A stretch of DNA of 50,522 nt from the NCBI GenBank assembly GCA_025965935.1, contig JAOPVZ010000106.1:1-50522 (forward strand), written 5' to 3'. Below are positions 49,672-50,522 of the stretch, piece after piece. Position 1 is the stretch's first letter. Every line of letters starts with the position of its first letter. Under the pieces are notes generated by a model that saw only the letters and a program-made list of their open reading frames with translations, was not told the DNA's origin and made no database searches. The translations under genes and the position numbers were made by a program. This DNA is from Frankiales bacterium (GTDB taxonomy: Bacteria; Actinomycetota; Actinomycetes; Mycobacteriales; SCTD01).

Positions 49672-50522
49672 AGGACGAGCTCCGGCAGCTCGACGACCAC
49701 GCGGACGACCGGCTCAGGTCCCTCGACGAGCGCTTCGTCGCCGCGGCCGCACCCCGGATCGCGAAGGTCGTGGACGGGATCGGCGCCGCCTCGCGGAGGA
49801 GCCGTGACACCGCCGCGGGACTCATCCGGGACGTCGACCTGCGGAACCTCAACGCTCTCGATGACCGGTACGCGACCAGGGGGCCGCTCGCGCTGTTCCG
49901 CGAGATCCCTCAGCTGCTCGCCGTCGTCGTCGGGATCGTGTTCATCGTGGGCACGCTGGCGGCGGCACACGACCTGCAGTCCCGGCAGACGGCGGGCGAG
50001 CAGGCCGTGCAGTCCCCGGACGGCACATCGACGTCCGCGGCGCCGCTGTCCCTCGTGCTCGGCCCGACGATCGGGAAGACGGCGACGTCGTATCTGACGC
50101 TCGCGGCGAACAGCCTCGACGCGGCCGCGTCGCAGGCCCCTGACGAGCAGCGGCTCGCGCTGGTGACGCTGTCCGCGTACTACCGGCCGGCGCAGGCTGC
50201 GACCATCCTCTCCGGCTACGTGGTGCAGCGCGCCTGGGTGCGGGACAGCGCCGCCGGGCGGCAGGCCCCGCCGATGCCGGTGGAGGTGACCGGCAGCCTC
50301 AGCTCGTCCCTGGCGGCCTTCTACAGCCGCACGGCGAAGGGACAGAGCGACGCGGCGGCCCAGTACCAGCAGCTCGCCGACACGACCGTGAACGACAAGC
50401 AGTACAAGGACTTCTACGAGCAGTTCGCGAGGCTGTCGCGGGCACAGGCCAAGGCGTTCGGCAGCGACTGCGCCTGCGTCTTCTCGTTCGTGGTGTCAGC
50501 CACCCCGAGCCAGCTGCAGTCC
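49668..50522 (+). CDS. Hypothetical single-TM protein; runs off the window
   Basis: GTG overlaps the rluD stop; frame open to the end ([14 protein letters not shown]...[15 protein letters not shown]...[10 protein letters not shown]). Confidence 0.75.
   Translation, partial: MKDELRQLDDHADDRLRSLDERFVAAAAPRIAKVVDGIGAASRRSRDTAAGLIRDVDLRNLNALDDRYATRGPLALFREIPQLLAVVVGIVFIVGTLAAAHDLQSRQTAGEQAVQSPDGTSTSAAPLSLVLGPTIGKTATSYLTLAANSLDAAASQAPDEQRLALVTLSAYYRPAQAATILSGYVVQRAWVRDSAAGRQAPPMPVEVTGSLSSSLAAFYSRTAKGQSDAAAQYQQLADTTVNDKQYKDFYEQFARLSRAQAKAFGSDCACVFSFVVSATPSQLQS

Overview
High-GC actinobacterial chromosome segment, mostly core genes. Left third: 5' end of a cold-shock gene, tldD/tldE-like pair, GAF-PAS-GGDEF-EAL protein, ECF sigma factor with a membrane partner, acyl-CoA dehydrogenase, spermidine-synthase-like methyltransferase and ogt. 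A perfect actinobacterial LexA box (10498-10513) precedes a structured ~190-nt leader and the run DUF6504 - SAV_6107-type HEPN - DnaE2-like Pol III alpha - CmoM/SmtA-like methyltransferase - DinB. Next come DUF3040, the moxR/DUF58/transglutaminase operon and the dcw cluster (mraZ, mraW RNA motif, rsmH, ftsL, ftsI, murE, only a C-terminal MurF remnant, mraY, murD, ftsW, murG, murC, ftsQ, an inserted PAS-GGDEF gene, ftsZ, pgeF, yggS, sepF, yggT, divIVA). The right end holds two histone-H1-like PAKK proteins, a type-2 ileS with a translational T-box, lspA, rluD and a truncated ORF. Best candidates for new biology: (1) a non-canonical SOS mutasome with a stand-alone ImuB-C-like domain, a HEPN protein and a DnaE2-like polymerase with its own putative clamp motif; (2) its kissing-loop leader RNA, whose GGGGAAG loop also complements the mraW-RNA loop in the dcw operon; (3) a degenerate but translationally coupled murF; (4) an in-frame palindromic insertion in dnaE. 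All family calls are by eye from motifs and synteny; no searches were run.
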